Below the pieces are notes generated by a model, which was given only the letters and a program-made list of their open reading frames with translations, did not search any database and was not told where the DNA came from. A DNA stretch of 59,425 nucleotides from a virus (lineage: Duplodnaviria > Caudoviricetes): positions 1-59,425 of the IMG/VR virus record IMGVR_UViG_3300049144_000150; one strand, given 5' to 3'. Shown here in pieces: positions 27,954 to 37,020 of this stretch; the stretch's first letter is position 1; each line of letters opens with the position of its first letter. Both the position numbers and the translations under genes were made by a program.

Positions 27954-29552
27954 ATGGCCCGCTTCAACACCAAGACGACCCAGCCGAAGGCGAAGGCCCC
28001 GGTCACCGGCACCTCTGTGAACCACGAGGGCGGCACGGGCTACACCCTCCCGGAGAAGGGCGAACTGTTCAACCTCGCCACCGTCAACTTCGTCGGCCAG
28101 GACACCTTCTACGAGAAGGGCAACGCCCGCGACGCCCGCTACAACGGACTCGTCGAGAGCATCGCGGTCGCCGACTGGCCGTGGCTGCACGGCATGCTGC
28201 CGTGGCTGCGCTCCGACGCCAACATCCGCACCGCCTCCCTCACGGGCGCCGCGCACGCCGTGCACCGCCGTCTGGAGGCCGGTCAGTACGACGACAACGC
28301 TGCGCTGGTCGACTCCGTCATCCAGCGCGCTGACGAGGTCGGCGAGTTCGCCGCGTACTGGCTCGCCACCTTCGGCGGCGTCATGCCGAAGCCGGTCAAG
28401 AAGGGCCTGGCGATGGCGATGCGCCGTCTGTACACGGCCCGCAACGTCCTGAAGTGGGACTCGGGGGCGCGCGGCATGCGCTTCGCCGACGTCATCAACC
28501 TGGTTCACCCGAAGCCGCGCGACTCCGAGCAGGAGGCGCTGTGGAAGTACCTGCTCGACGAGCGCGGCCACAAGGACGGCGACGTCAACACGGTGCCGAT
28601 GATCGCCACCCGCAAGCGGTGGTACGACGAGTTCTCCGACGAGCAGAAGCTGGCCTCGCTCCGCGACGGCTCGGCGTTCCGCGACTTCGGTCTCACGTGG
28701 GAGAACGCGTCGTCCGAGCTGAAGGGCCGGGTCGGCGAGAAGGTGCTGTGGGAGGCGATGGCTCCGCACCTGCCGTACATGGCCGCCATCCGCAACCTGC
28801 GCAACATGGACGAAGCGGGCATCTCGTACGCCACGGCCAACAAGCTGGCGGCGCGGATCGCGGACCCGGCGGAGGTGGCCAAGTCCCGGCAGCTCCCGTA
28901 CCGGTTCCTGTCCGCCTACCTGGCGGCGCCGAGCGACCGCTGGAAGGGTGCACTGGAGGAGGCCATCAACCTCTCCCTGAAGTCCGTTCCGGAGCTGCCG
29001 GGGCGCACGCTGGTTCTGGTCGACACCTCGGCGTCGATGAACGGCATGGGCTTCTCGGCGAAGTCGAAGGTCACCCCGGCCATGGCGGCGGCGATCTTCG
29101 GGTCCATCCTGGCCCAGCGGAACCCGGGCCGGGTCGAGCTGTACGGTTTCGCCAACGGCGTGTTCAAGCACGACGTCAAGGCGGGCCAGGGCGTCCTGTC
29201 GGCGGCTCAGAGCTTCGTCCGCCGCATCGGCGAGGTCGGCCACGGCACCGAGATGACCGCGTCCGTCCGCCGGGCGTTCGCCGGTCACGACCGCGTGTTC
29301 ATGATCAGCGACATGCAGTGCTTCGCGGACTCCGCCGGTCGCGGCTTCGGCGACGGAGGGTACGGCAGCAACCCGGTTCCGGTGCCGGACGGCACGAAGG
29401 TGTACGGCGTCAACCTCGGCGGCTACGCCAAGACGGCGATCGACAGCCGAATCAAGAACCGGTTCGAGTTCTCCGGGCTGACCGACCAGGTCTTCCAGCA
29501 GATCCTCGCGCTGGAGGCCGGGTTCGCCGAGAAGTGGCCGTGGGTCGCGTAA
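27954..29552 (+). CDS. rsr: Ro60/Rsr (TROVE plus vWA) Y-RNA-binding protein
   Basis: VNHEGG.GY, DTFYE, NIRT, DVINLVHPKP, TWE, YMAAIRNLRNM, SRQLPYRFLSAY; vWA VDTSASM and ISDMQ. Confidence 0.95.
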   Translation: MARFNTKTTQPKAKAPVTGTSVNHEGGTGYTLPEKGELFNLATVNFVGQDTFYEKGNARDARYNGLVESIAVADWPWLHGMLPWLRSDANIRTASLTGAAHAVHRRLEAGQYDDNAALVDSVIQRADEVGEFAAYWLATFGGVMPKPVKKGLAMAMRRLYTARNVLKWDSGARGMRFADVINLVHPKPRDSEQEALWKYLLDERGHKDGDVNTVPMIATRKRWYDEFSDEQKLASLRDGSAFRDFGLTWENASSELKGRVGEKVLWEAMAPHLPYMAAIRNLRNMDEAGISYATANKLAARIADPAEVAKSRQLPYRFLSAYLAAPSDRWKGALEEAINLSLKSVPELPGRTLVLVDTSASMNGMGFSAKSKVTPAMAAAIFGSILAQRNPGRVELYGFANGVFKHDVKAGQGVLSAAQSFVRRIGEVGHGTEMTASVRRAFAGHDRVFMISDMQCFADSAGRGFGDGGYGSNPVPVPDGTKVYGVNLGGYAKTAIDSRIKNRFEFSGLTDQVFQQILALEAGFAEKWPWVA

Positions 29553-29566
29553 CTGGCGAACTGGCA

Positions 29567-29604
29567 AGAAGACCCTTCCCCTCGGGGAGGGGTCTTCTCG
29601 TTTT
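29567..29604 (+). terminator. Intrinsic terminator after rsr
   Basis: AGAAGACCCTTCCC/GGGAGGGGTCTTCT stem followed by TTTT. Confidence 0.75.
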
Positions 29605-29651
29605 CGGGGACCAATCTGCGCTAGAATTGGTGTAGTTGGAGAGGGGAAAAC

Positions 29652-29867
29652 ATGGCCGAGAGGGAAGATCCGATCGTGACCGCCTTCGATGAAACGAAGG
29701 CGTTGTGGCTCCTGATGAATCGGGATACCGAGGGGGCCCGGCAGGTCATCGACGAGATGGACCATGAGGAGAAGTCGCTGCTTGCTCGACAGCTTCGAGA
29801 GCTTCACCGGATGATCGCGGAATCAAGTGCCGGGCGACGGCCCGAACCGGGGAAGGGCAGTCGGTGA
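29652..29867 (+). CDS. Small helical protein, paralog of 31190-31450
   Basis: GAGGGG RBS; TAGAAT -10 at 29622-29627. Confidence 0.65.
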   Translation: MAEREDPIVTAFDETKALWLLMNRDTEGARQVIDEMDHEEKSLLARQLRELHRMIAESSAGRRPEPGKGSR

Positions 29868-30145
29868 AGGCCGTCAGTGGGCACTGGTTCCGGGCGGACT
29901 ATAGCGACGAGCCGTGCCGCTTCCCCGATTGCGGGCGCCCGCAGGATGAGCACGTGGAGTCCTGCGGCGAATGGATGGATCCCCGGCACGCCTTCCGCCC
30001 CACCCTGTCCAGCCGGAATGGCTTCCGCTGCTCCCGCTGCGGGCGTCGCTGGGGGCACTCGACACACTTCGGAAGCCGGAAGAACCGGTCCTTGTGGTGG
30101 GACCGATGGAACGGCTTCTGGGACACGGTGAGGAGAAGGAAATGA
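29864..30145 (+). CDS. Small Cys/His-rich (Zn-binding) protein
   Basis: C...CGR...H and C..CGR...H motifs; translational coupling. Confidence 0.55.
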   Translation: MKAVSGHWFRADYSDEPCRFPDCGRPQDEHVESCGEWMDPRHAFRPTLSSRNGFRCSRCGRRWGHSTHFGSRKNRSLWWDRWNGFWDTVRRRK

Positions 30146-30525
30146 AGAACCGGACCATTCAGCTCGGCGGCGAGACCTTGAAGCCCGGCGACACCGTGGT
30201 GGTGTTCACGGCTAGCGGCGGCAGGTCGGAGCGGCCCATCACGAGGATCGGCACCAAGCGGATCTACCTCGACGGCTATGGCAGCGAGGTCGCCTTCGAG
30301 ATCGACACCCGCAAGGAGGTCGGATACGTCGCCGGGTACATCCCGCACTTCAAGACCCACAAGGAAGTGGCCGCGATGGACCGGCGCCGGGATCTGGTGC
30401 TCAAGCTCCGCGAGTTCGGCCTTCAGCCCGTGGACGGCGCACTTGGCGACCTTGGGCAGCACTCGGACGAAGCCCTGGAGGACGTCCTTGCGGTGCTGTT
30501 GAAACACCGCAACACCAAGAACTGA
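30142..30525 (+). CDS. Hypothetical small beta-barrel-like protein
   Basis: AGGAG RBS; LKPGDTVVV..ITRIGTKRIYL. Confidence 0.65.
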   Translation: MKNRTIQLGGETLKPGDTVVVFTASGGRSERPITRIGTKRIYLDGYGSEVAFEIDTRKEVGYVAGYIPHFKTHKEVAAMDRRRDLVLKLREFGLQPVDGALGDLGQHSDEALEDVLAVLLKHRNTKN

Positions 30526-30592
30526 CAAGGCAGTTGACCCACGGGGGCCGGTTCCTGATAGACTGGCCTAGGCCGCACAGGGAGGGAATGCC

Positions 30593-30937
30593 ATGAGGAT
30601 CATCCGGTATCTCGAAGCGAGTGACGTGGCGCGGTTCCTCGGCGTGAAGTGGAACGAAGTGGTCGGGTGGTCCAACAGTCCCACCGCGAACTTCCCCCTC
30701 CCTGTCGCAGTCCTGGGCCCCCGGGGCAACAAGCCGCTGTGGACTCTGGACCAGATCCCCATGCTGCGTGCATGGCTGGCGGCCCGGCTGAACCTCAGCG
30801 ACCCGGCCTCCCACTGGGAGAGAGTCGACCGGGGCGAAGAGCAGCCGGGCGGCCACCAGGACCAGATGGCCATGTTCTGCGTGGATTCGCTCGCGAACGA
30901 AAAGGAGCCCCAGGGCGGACTGTTCTCCGTCCCGTAA
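30593..30937 (+). CDS. Excisionase/MerR-like HTH DNA-binding protein
   Basis: YLEASDVARFLGVKWNEVVGW..FPLP..PLW; own promoter TTGACC...TAGACT followed by GGCCTAGGCC at 30565-30574. Confidence 0.7.
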   Translation: MRIIRYLEASDVARFLGVKWNEVVGWSNSPTANFPLPVAVLGPRGNKPLWTLDQIPMLRAWLAARLNLSDPASHWERVDRGEEQPGGHQDQMAMFCVDSLANEKEPQGGLFSVP

Positions 30938-30968
30938 GGGGGCTGAAACGGAAAGGTAGAAGGACGAC

Positions 30969-31193
30969 GTGACCGATTCGCGTCTCGATCAGCACCTGGT
31001 GATCCACGACCTCAGCGCCATGACCCTGGCGGCGGCCCTCGGAGCGCTCGTCGCTCTGGTCTCGGGGTCGATTCTTCTGGGACTCGGCACAGCCCTACTC
31101 TTGTCGGCTCTGGGCATCGGCCTCATGCGAGTGCGACCCTTCCGCTGCGCCGTGAACCGGCTGGCCACAACCACCAAGGGGGACAGCCAATGA
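30969..31193 (+). CDS. Small 2-TM membrane protein
   Basis: Two hydrophobic helices; CGGAAAGG motif upstream. Confidence 0.55.
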   Translation: MTDSRLDQHLVIHDLSAMTLAAALGALVALVSGSILLGLGTALLLSALGIGLMRVRPFRCAVNRLATTTKGDSQ

Positions 31194-31450
31194 GCCGCCC
31201 GCAGACCCCGCCTGTCAATGCGTTCGCCGAGACATCGGCGCTGTACGCGGTGCTGGAGGGAGACGACGTCGAGGCCCGCCGCATCGTGAGTGACATGCTC
31301 CCGAACGAGCGCGCCGAGTTCGCCGCCCAGTTGGACCGCCTCCGGGCCATGCTCACAGACCGGTTCGGCAACGACATCCCCTCCGAGGCCCAGCCGCGCG
31401 TGCGTGTACTGGACGACGAAGGCCGCTTCATCGCCCGGAACGGCCAGTAA
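31190..31450 (+). CDS. Small helical protein, paralog of 29652-29867
   Basis: VNAFAETSALY vs VTAFDETKALW. Confidence 0.65.
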   Translation: MSRPQTPPVNAFAETSALYAVLEGDDVEARRIVSDMLPNERAEFAAQLDRLRAMLTDRFGNDIPSEAQPRVRVLDDEGRFIARNGQ

Positions 31451-31460
31451 GGAATCCCAG

Positions 31461-31805
31461 ATGATCGCCGACCTGGAGGCACTGCCGGAACGTCCGGCCG
31501 ACGACGACCTGCCTTCCGACATGGACTGCGTGTACGCCTTCGATCATCCCGAGGAGTGCAGGCGTCCGGGTGTGGTGGTCGACTGCGCGAACTGCATCCG
31601 ACCCTGGGGCCCCGACCCCAGGAAGGTCCGGATGTGGACCCCCTGCTGCGGTCGGGTCAGGCAGAGTCTCCGTAGCGGGGACAAGATCTCTTGCCCGACC
31701 TGCGGCTGGGAATGGAGGGTGTTCCTGCTCGGCTGGACCAGCCGCATCGTGTCCCTGGGTCCGCGACCGCGAAGGAAGAGGAAGACATGCCCCGAGAGCA
31801 CATAG
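31461..31805 (+). CDS. Cys-rich hypothetical protein
   Basis: Several CxxC motifs; TAAGGA RBS. Confidence 0.5.
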   Translation: MIADLEALPERPADDDLPSDMDCVYAFDHPEECRRPGVVVDCANCIRPWGPDPRKVRMWTPCCGRVRQSLRSGDKISCPTCGWEWRVFLLGWTSRIVSLGPRPRRKRKTCPEST

Positions 31806-31963
31806 AGCCGGATGCCCGTGCCGAGATCCTGCGCGAGCTGATCTCCGACGCGACGTCCGAGACGCCGCGCACCATGGAGGACGGAGCCGACCAGCAGGGG
31901 GCCGTCCGCTTCCTCCAGCGCAAGCTGAACGAACTGGAGACGCAGGTGATCACGGGTGACTGA
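31787..31963 (+). CDS. Small hypothetical protein
   Basis: GAGGA RBS, high GC3. Confidence 0.5.
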   Translation: MPREHIEPDARAEILRELISDATSETPRTMEDGADQQGAVRFLQRKLNELETQVITGD

Positions 31964-32267
31964 GCAGAAGAGCGGACGGTGGAGTCATCTCCGGCCGGAC
32001 GTCACGGATCTTCCGTCGGACCAGTTCTTGAAGTCCATGCTCCCGACGGTGACGCTTCGGTGCCTCGACGAGGTGTCCGCCCAGCGCGTGGTGAACGAGT
32101 TCCCCAACCGTGATCGCGGCGGCCAGACCAACACCATGAAGCTCGACGGAGGCACCGTCGTGATCACGTACGCCGACAAGAGGTGGCCGTACGACATCGC
32201 CGACTGGGCCGGTGAAATGGGCCTGGCTTCCGACTCCGACTCCGCGAGGGTGATCGCGTGCCTCTGA
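31956..32267 (+). CDS. Hypothetical protein
   Basis: Overlapping operon member, high GC3. Confidence 0.6.
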   Translation: MTEQKSGRWSHLRPDVTDLPSDQFLKSMLPTVTLRCLDEVSAQRVVNEFPNRDRGGQTNTMKLDGGTVVITYADKRWPYDIADWAGEMGLASDSDSARVIACL

Positions 32268-32608
32268 ACGATGTACCGTCCCTGCCCGACGCTACCCCGA
32301 GGAACGACCGGGGCTTCCTGGTGTACGGCGGCGCCCCGGTCAAGACCGACTACGGGCACGAGGTGCGCATCCAGGAGTCCTCGGCCGCGAGCGGTCCGAA
32401 GGTGTGGATGTTCGTCGGAGACAGCCCGTTCGTCGAAGGGCATGACCCGCACTTGAGCCCGGTGGACGCGATCGAGATTCGCGACAGGCTCACCCAGTTC
32501 ATCGACGGCGTCACAGAGCGCTGGACCAACGGTGAGCAGTTCCTGGAAGAGGCGTACCAGACCATCGCCGAACGCCGGAAGAACAGCGAAGGACTCGGAA
32601 AGGGATGA
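32258..32608 (+). CDS. Hypothetical phage-type protein (RGF...D.YG..V.IQESSAA motif)
   Basis: High GC3, coupled to neighbours. Confidence 0.65.
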   Translation: MPLNDVPSLPDATPRNDRGFLVYGGAPVKTDYGHEVRIQESSAASGPKVWMFVGDSPFVEGHDPHLSPVDAIEIRDRLTQFIDGVTERWTNGEQFLEEAYQTIAERRKNSEGLGKG

Positions 32609-32886
32609 GCAACGTGCTGAGCCACGAGGAGAAGGCCCGGGAGACGCACCCGAGGGCCAGCGACTTCCGCCCCGCGACCCGGCTGGGGAAGGTGATCGGA
32701 TGGACGTTCCACGTCCCCCGTGACCCCAACAAGGACTACGACCACGACGGCTTCTCCTGGATGGACCTGGAGGGCAACGTGACCAGCGACACCTTCAGCA
32801 CGCGCCACGCGGCGCAGGGGGTCCTCAAGGGATATCTCCGGATGAAGCGTCAGACCCCCGTCAACCCCCTGGAGAAGCGCGCATGA
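32605..32886 (+). CDS. Hypothetical protein
   Basis: CGGAAAGGG directly before ATG; ATGA overlaps. Confidence 0.6.
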   Translation: MSNVLSHEEKARETHPRASDFRPATRLGKVIGWTFHVPRDPNKDYDHDGFSWMDLEGNVTSDTFSTRHAAQGVLKGYLRMKRQTPVNPLEKRA

Positions 32887-34610
32887 AGACGCTTCGGCCG
32901 TATCAGGAAGAGGCTGTCGAGATCCTGGCCGAAGGCGGCCTCAACGCCTCTGGTCTGGGGGCAGGCAAGACGCTGATCAGCGTCGAGACGTGCCGCCTCC
33001 TGAACCTCGGCCGGGCGCCGCGCATTCTCGTCGTGGCACCGATCACCACGCTGCATCAGTGGGAGGAGACGTTCGTCGAGCAGTTCCCCTCCCTGGGCAT
33101 CAAGAACCTGGTCCACGTCGTCGGCACTCACCACAGGAACCCTGAGACCTGGTCGCTCATGACCAAGAAGCGGCCCGGGGTGTACATCATCGGCTGGGAG
33201 GCGATGCACGGAGCGGTTCCCGAGGAGCTGCGCCGGGCGGGATCCAAGGGGAAGAACGCCAACCGCAAGAACCCCGAGGTCACGCAGGACGCCGTCCGGA
33301 AGGCGATATCCAAGGGCTTCGTGCCCCCGTGGACCCGGACCGGCACCTGGGACATCGTCATCCTCGACGAGGTGCACCGGGCCTGCAACCGCAAGGGCGT
33401 CCCGCATCACGTCCTCAAGCTCATCAAGGCCCACCGGAGGCTCGGCCTGTCCGCCACCCCCGGCGGCAACCACCCCAAGGGGCTGTGGGCGGTCCTGAAC
33501 CTCCTCTGGCCGGAGAAGTACTCGTCCTTCTGGGACTGGGCGAACGAACACTTCTACGTCACCGAAGAGGTCATCAACCGGGCGGGCGCCACCAAGCGTT
33601 CGATAGGGGGCGAGCGGCGTCCCGGCAGCGTGTGGAACGACATCCCCGCAGTGGTGCGCTTCCGAACGGAGGAGGTCTACGACCAGCTTCCGCCTGTCAT
33701 CGAACGGACCGTGTCAGTTCCGATGACCCCGGAGCAGGAGGAGCAGTACCTGGACTTCGAGGAGCAGTGTCTGGCATGGCTGAGCGATCAGCCGGTGGCC
33801 ACGCCGCTCCCCATCGAACAGCGCATCCGGCTGCGCCAGGCGGCCCTGGGGACACTCAAGGCCGAGGAGGCGGTACGCAGGATCTCCTACCGGCTCTCCC
33901 GCTCCGAGAGGGCGATCGTGGAGGCGTGGAGGGAGTACCAGGGCGACCACGCGGGCGCGGCCCGAAAGGACTTCTTGCGGGTCTACAACGGCAAACTGGC
34001 CCGAGGGGAGCGGCACCTGTTGGAGGACCGGTTCCACCGGATTCTGGAGAAGCAGCTCAAGCTGGACCAGGGGGTCGAGTTCGAAGAGTTCGTTCTCGAC
34101 GACCTGGACATCGCCTACGAGGAGGGGGCCGACCAGCTCAAGCTGGAGGCCGTCAAGGACATCCTCGCCGACCTGCCGGACGGTGAGCCTCTGCTGGTGT
34201 GGACCCACTCGGCCAAGTGGGCGCGGATGGCGGAGAAGAAACTGGGGTCTCAGGCCGTGGCCTGGACGTCCGGCACCACCGCTGCCCGGCGCGAGAAGAT
34301 CAAGGACGGATTCGGGACTCAGTGGCGCGTGCTCATCGCGCAGCTCCAGTCCCTGTCCACGGGCGTGGACTGGCTCAAGCACGCCTGTCGCTGCGAAGTG
34401 ATCGCTTCGTGCACGGAAGACGAGGTCATGAATCAGCAAGCCGAGGGGCGTCTGCACCGACCGGGGCAGAAGTCCCCGGTGCAGCGGTGGCGGCTGGTCA
34501 CCGGAGGCACGATCGATGACGACGTGAACCTCAACAACCTGGAGAAGCGGGCCCGGATGGGCTCGATCTACCAGGACAACGTGAAGACGGAAAGGAGAGA
34601 GGCGGCGTGA
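32883..34610 (+). CDS. SNF2-like superfamily 2 helicase/ATPase
   Basis: LRPYQ, GLGAGKT, ILDEVH, LSATP, STGVD and QAEGRLHRPGQ motifs. Confidence 0.9.
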   Translation: MKTLRPYQEEAVEILAEGGLNASGLGAGKTLISVETCRLLNLGRAPRILVVAPITTLHQWEETFVEQFPSLGIKNLVHVVGTHHRNPETWSLMTKKRPGVYIIGWEAMHGAVPEELRRAGSKGKNANRKNPEVTQDAVRKAISKGFVPPWTRTGTWDIVILDEVHRACNRKGVPHHVLKLIKAHRRLGLSATPGGNHPKGLWAVLNLLWPEKYSSFWDWANEHFYVTEEVINRAGATKRSIGGERRPGSVWNDIPAVVRFRTEEVYDQLPPVIERTVSVPMTPEQEEQYLDFEEQCLAWLSDQPVATPLPIEQRIRLRQAALGTLKAEEAVRRISYRLSRSERAIVEAWREYQGDHAGAARKDFLRVYNGKLARGERHLLEDRFHRILEKQLKLDQGVEFEEFVLDDLDIAYEEGADQLKLEAVKDILADLPDGEPLLVWTHSAKWARMAEKKLGSQAVAWTSGTTAARREKIKDGFGTQWRVLIAQLQSLSTGVDWLKHACRCEVIASCTEDEVMNQQAEGRLHRPGQKSPVQRWRLVTGGTIDDDVNLNNLEKRARMGSIYQDNVKTERREAA

Positions 34611-34825
34611 GCAGCTACACGAGGGAGCAGGTGGAGGAGGGCTTGGAGCAATATGAACCCTCCGTCGAAGGAGGTAACAAGTTCTTCTCCGTGGACCTGA
34701 CCGAAGGCGAGTCCGCCTGGAATCCGGAAGGCGACACCTACGACGGACCCGGTTCCGTTACGTACGCGCTATACGGGAAGAGTCGTGCCCTTTGTGCGAC
34801 CTTCAGCCCCATCGACAGCATCTGA
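34607..34825 (+). CDS. Small hypothetical protein
   Basis: CGGAAAGGAG RBS, GTGA overlap. Confidence 0.5.
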   Translation: MSSYTREQVEEGLEQYEPSVEGGNKFFSVDLTEGESAWNPEGDTYDGPGSVTYALYGKSRALCATFSPIDSI

Positions 34826-34950
34826 TTGTGGAGTCATGACGCGCATCAAGCGCAACCCCAAGAGGTGCCGCAGGTGTGGGTGGATCAAGATCTTCACTCC
34901 CCTCGGATCCCAGTGCGGTTGCACGTACTGAAGGAAAGGAGAGAAACGGC

Positions 34951-35259
34951 GTGAACGACCTGAGTGCTCTCGCGGCCCGGTTCCTGGATGTCCTGGCGGA
35001 AGCCCAGAAGGAACGTCCGCAGCGAGACGGCCTGATCGAAAGGGCCGACGGTTACCCCGAGCTGGAGTGGGCCGCCTACGAACGAGGCGTCATGCAAGCG
35101 GAGGTGAACCGGGTCCGGGCGAAGGGCGGGCGTGAGCCGATCCCGCTGGCGCTGGTCGAGCGGGTGGAGAGCCAGGCGGCCGGTCACTCGGACTACTCCT
35201 ACAAGTTCGCCCTGTACTGCGCCGAGCTGGCTCTCGGTGTGTCACGACAGACGTACTGA
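34951..35259 (+). CDS. Hypothetical protein (A.GHSDY..KFALYCAEL motif)
   Basis: GAAAGGAG RBS, GTG 34951. Confidence 0.65.
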   Translation: MNDLSALAARFLDVLAEAQKERPQRDGLIERADGYPELEWAAYERGVMQAEVNRVRAKGGREPIPLALVERVESQAAGHSDYSYKFALYCAELALGVSRQTY

Positions 35260-35278
35260 CGGAAAGGGAAGGAGCGGC

Positions 35279-35929
35279 ATGAAGATCTACGAGGTTCTTC
35301 TGCGGGTCGAGGCGGACAGTGACGTCACGGCCACGCGCATCCGTGATGAGATCTACGACGCGTGCGGCGACGTGCCGTTCGGGTTCGACGTCGAGACGGT
35401 CGACCCGAAGATGGTCTCCCTCGCGGAGGTCGACCGGTTCGCGGAGCGGGCGCACATGGGCCAGTTCGACAAGGGTGGCGTGCCCTACGTCGAACACGTG
35501 CGAGCCGTGGCTGCCGGGCTGGAGCCGTTCAGCACCCGGCTCCAGATGGCGGGCCTGCTGCACGACGTGATCGAGGACACCGAGTGGACCGCCGAGACTC
35601 TGCGGGCGGCGGGCGTCGAGAGCCGGGTCGTGCGGATCGTCGAGCTGGTCACCAAGGAGCAGAGCGAGTCCTACATGGACCGCATCCGCAAGATCTCCCA
35701 GGATCGCGAAGCGACGCTCGTGAAGATCGCGGACAACGCGCACAACAGCCGCGCGGACCGGGCGGCAGCACTGCCCGACGGCAACCGCAGCCGCCTGGAG
35801 CGGTACCGCAAGGCCCGCGAGATCCTGTGGGCCGCCGTGAAGCCGGAGGAGGTCGAGGAGATCATCTCGATCGTCAACCCGGACCTCCTGGCCGAGTACC
35901 GCCAGTACCTTCCGGGGTGGAACTGGTGA
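35279..35929 (+). CDS. Mesh1/SpoT-type HD hydrolase (small alarmone hydrolase-like)
   Basis: HMGQFDKGGVPYVEH, AGLLHDVIEDT and VKIADNAHN motifs. Confidence 0.88.
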   Translation: MKIYEVLLRVEADSDVTATRIRDEIYDACGDVPFGFDVETVDPKMVSLAEVDRFAERAHMGQFDKGGVPYVEHVRAVAAGLEPFSTRLQMAGLLHDVIEDTEWTAETLRAAGVESRVVRIVELVTKEQSESYMDRIRKISQDREATLVKIADNAHNSRADRAAALPDGNRSRLERYRKAREILWAAVKPEEVEEIISIVNPDLLAEYRQYLPGWNW

Positions 35930-35940
35930 GGAGCTGAAGG

Positions 35941-36102
35941 GTGAAGTGGTACGACGACATCTTCCGTGATCCGGAGATGGCCAGGATCGATCCGTTCGGG
36001 TACGGCATGGGGCTCGCCCTCGGGTACGTCATCATCCCCGCCGTGCTGCTCGGACTGGTTCTGTACCTGGGCTACCTGGCCTGGGTCAGCCGTCGCCAGT
36101 GA
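35941..36102 (+). CDS. Small membrane protein (53 aa)
   Basis: GAGGAG/GAAGG RBS, GTG 35941; long hydrophobic helix; not in the ORF track. Confidence 0.45.
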   Translation: MKWYDDIFRDPEMARIDPFGYGMGLALGYVIIPAVLLGLVLYLGYLAWVSRRQ

Positions 36103-36114
36103 AGGAACAGATCC

Positions 36115-36148
36115 GCCCGGAGTTGTATCGCGCGATACAACTCCGGGC
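36115..36148. repeat. Perfect 34-bp palindrome containing the parS-like core TGTATCGCGCGATACA
   Basis: GCCCGGAGTTGTATCGC/GCGATACAACTCCGGGC. Confidence 0.85.
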
Positions 36149-36165
36149 ATCCCGGAAAGGAGAAC

Positions 36166-36945
36166 GTGATGGGTGACAACACCGCACTCGGTGACCGCAT
36201 GAAGAGCTACGAAGCCGTCCAGAGGACCGTCCTGCCGCGCCGGACGTATACGCTGATGCGTCTCGACGGCAGGGCCTTCCACACCTACCTGCGGGGCGCC
36301 GACAAGCCCTTCGATATGCAGTTCATCAAAGACATGGCCGCCGTCGCCGAGGCTCTGTGCGCGGAGATCAGCGGCGCCGTGTTCGCCTACACCCAGTCGG
36401 ACGAGATCAGCCTGCTGGTCACGGACTTCGCGTCGCCCCAAACCCAGCCCTGGTTCGGCGGGGTCACGGCCAAGATGCTCTCCGTCTCCGCATCGCTGGC
36501 CACGGCCGTACTCAACGAGCGGCGCCCGGGAAGACGTGCGCTGTTCGACGCCCGGGTCTTCACCCTGTCCGACCCGGTGGAGGTGGCCAACTACTTCCTG
36601 TGGCGACAACGCGACGCGGTCAGGAACTCCATCTCGATGGCGGCCCAGGCGCACTTCTCGCACAAGCGGCTGAAGGGCGTCGACAGCGACGGCATGCAGG
36701 AACTTCTGTGGTCCGAGGCGGGCGTCAACTGGAGCGAGTACCCCGCAGAGTGCAAGCGGGGCAACGTCTCGGTCCGCAAGGTGGGCGAGCGTCCGGTGGA
36801 GTACTTCGACAAGCGCATCCAGGAGACGGTGCAGACCGTGGCCACCCGTTCGTGGTGGGAGACGACTCCCGCGCCGCACTTCACGCTGAACGCGGACGGC
36901 TGGCTGACTGAGGTGATCCCGCCCCTTCCCCGCCTCGGGGAATGA
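36166..36945 (+). CDS. tRNA(His) guanylyltransferase Thg1-like protein (3'-5' polymerase)
   Basis: RMKSYE, RLDGRAFH, YTQSDEISL, FDARV and YFLWRQRDAVRNSI motifs. Confidence 0.95.
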   Translation: MMGDNTALGDRMKSYEAVQRTVLPRRTYTLMRLDGRAFHTYLRGADKPFDMQFIKDMAAVAEALCAEISGAVFAYTQSDEISLLVTDFASPQTQPWFGGVTAKMLSVSASLATAVLNERRPGRRALFDARVFTLSDPVEVANYFLWRQRDAVRNSISMAAQAHFSHKRLKGVDSDGMQELLWSEAGVNWSEYPAECKRGNVSVRKVGERPVEYFDKRIQETVQTVATRSWWETTPAPHFTLNADGWLTEVIPPLPRLGE

Positions 36946-37020
36946 CCGGGAAGAACGGGGTGGCCCCGGGTGGCTGCCCCGTTCGATACAGTCACGCGCA
37001 CAAGAAAGGGGGAGGGTGAG

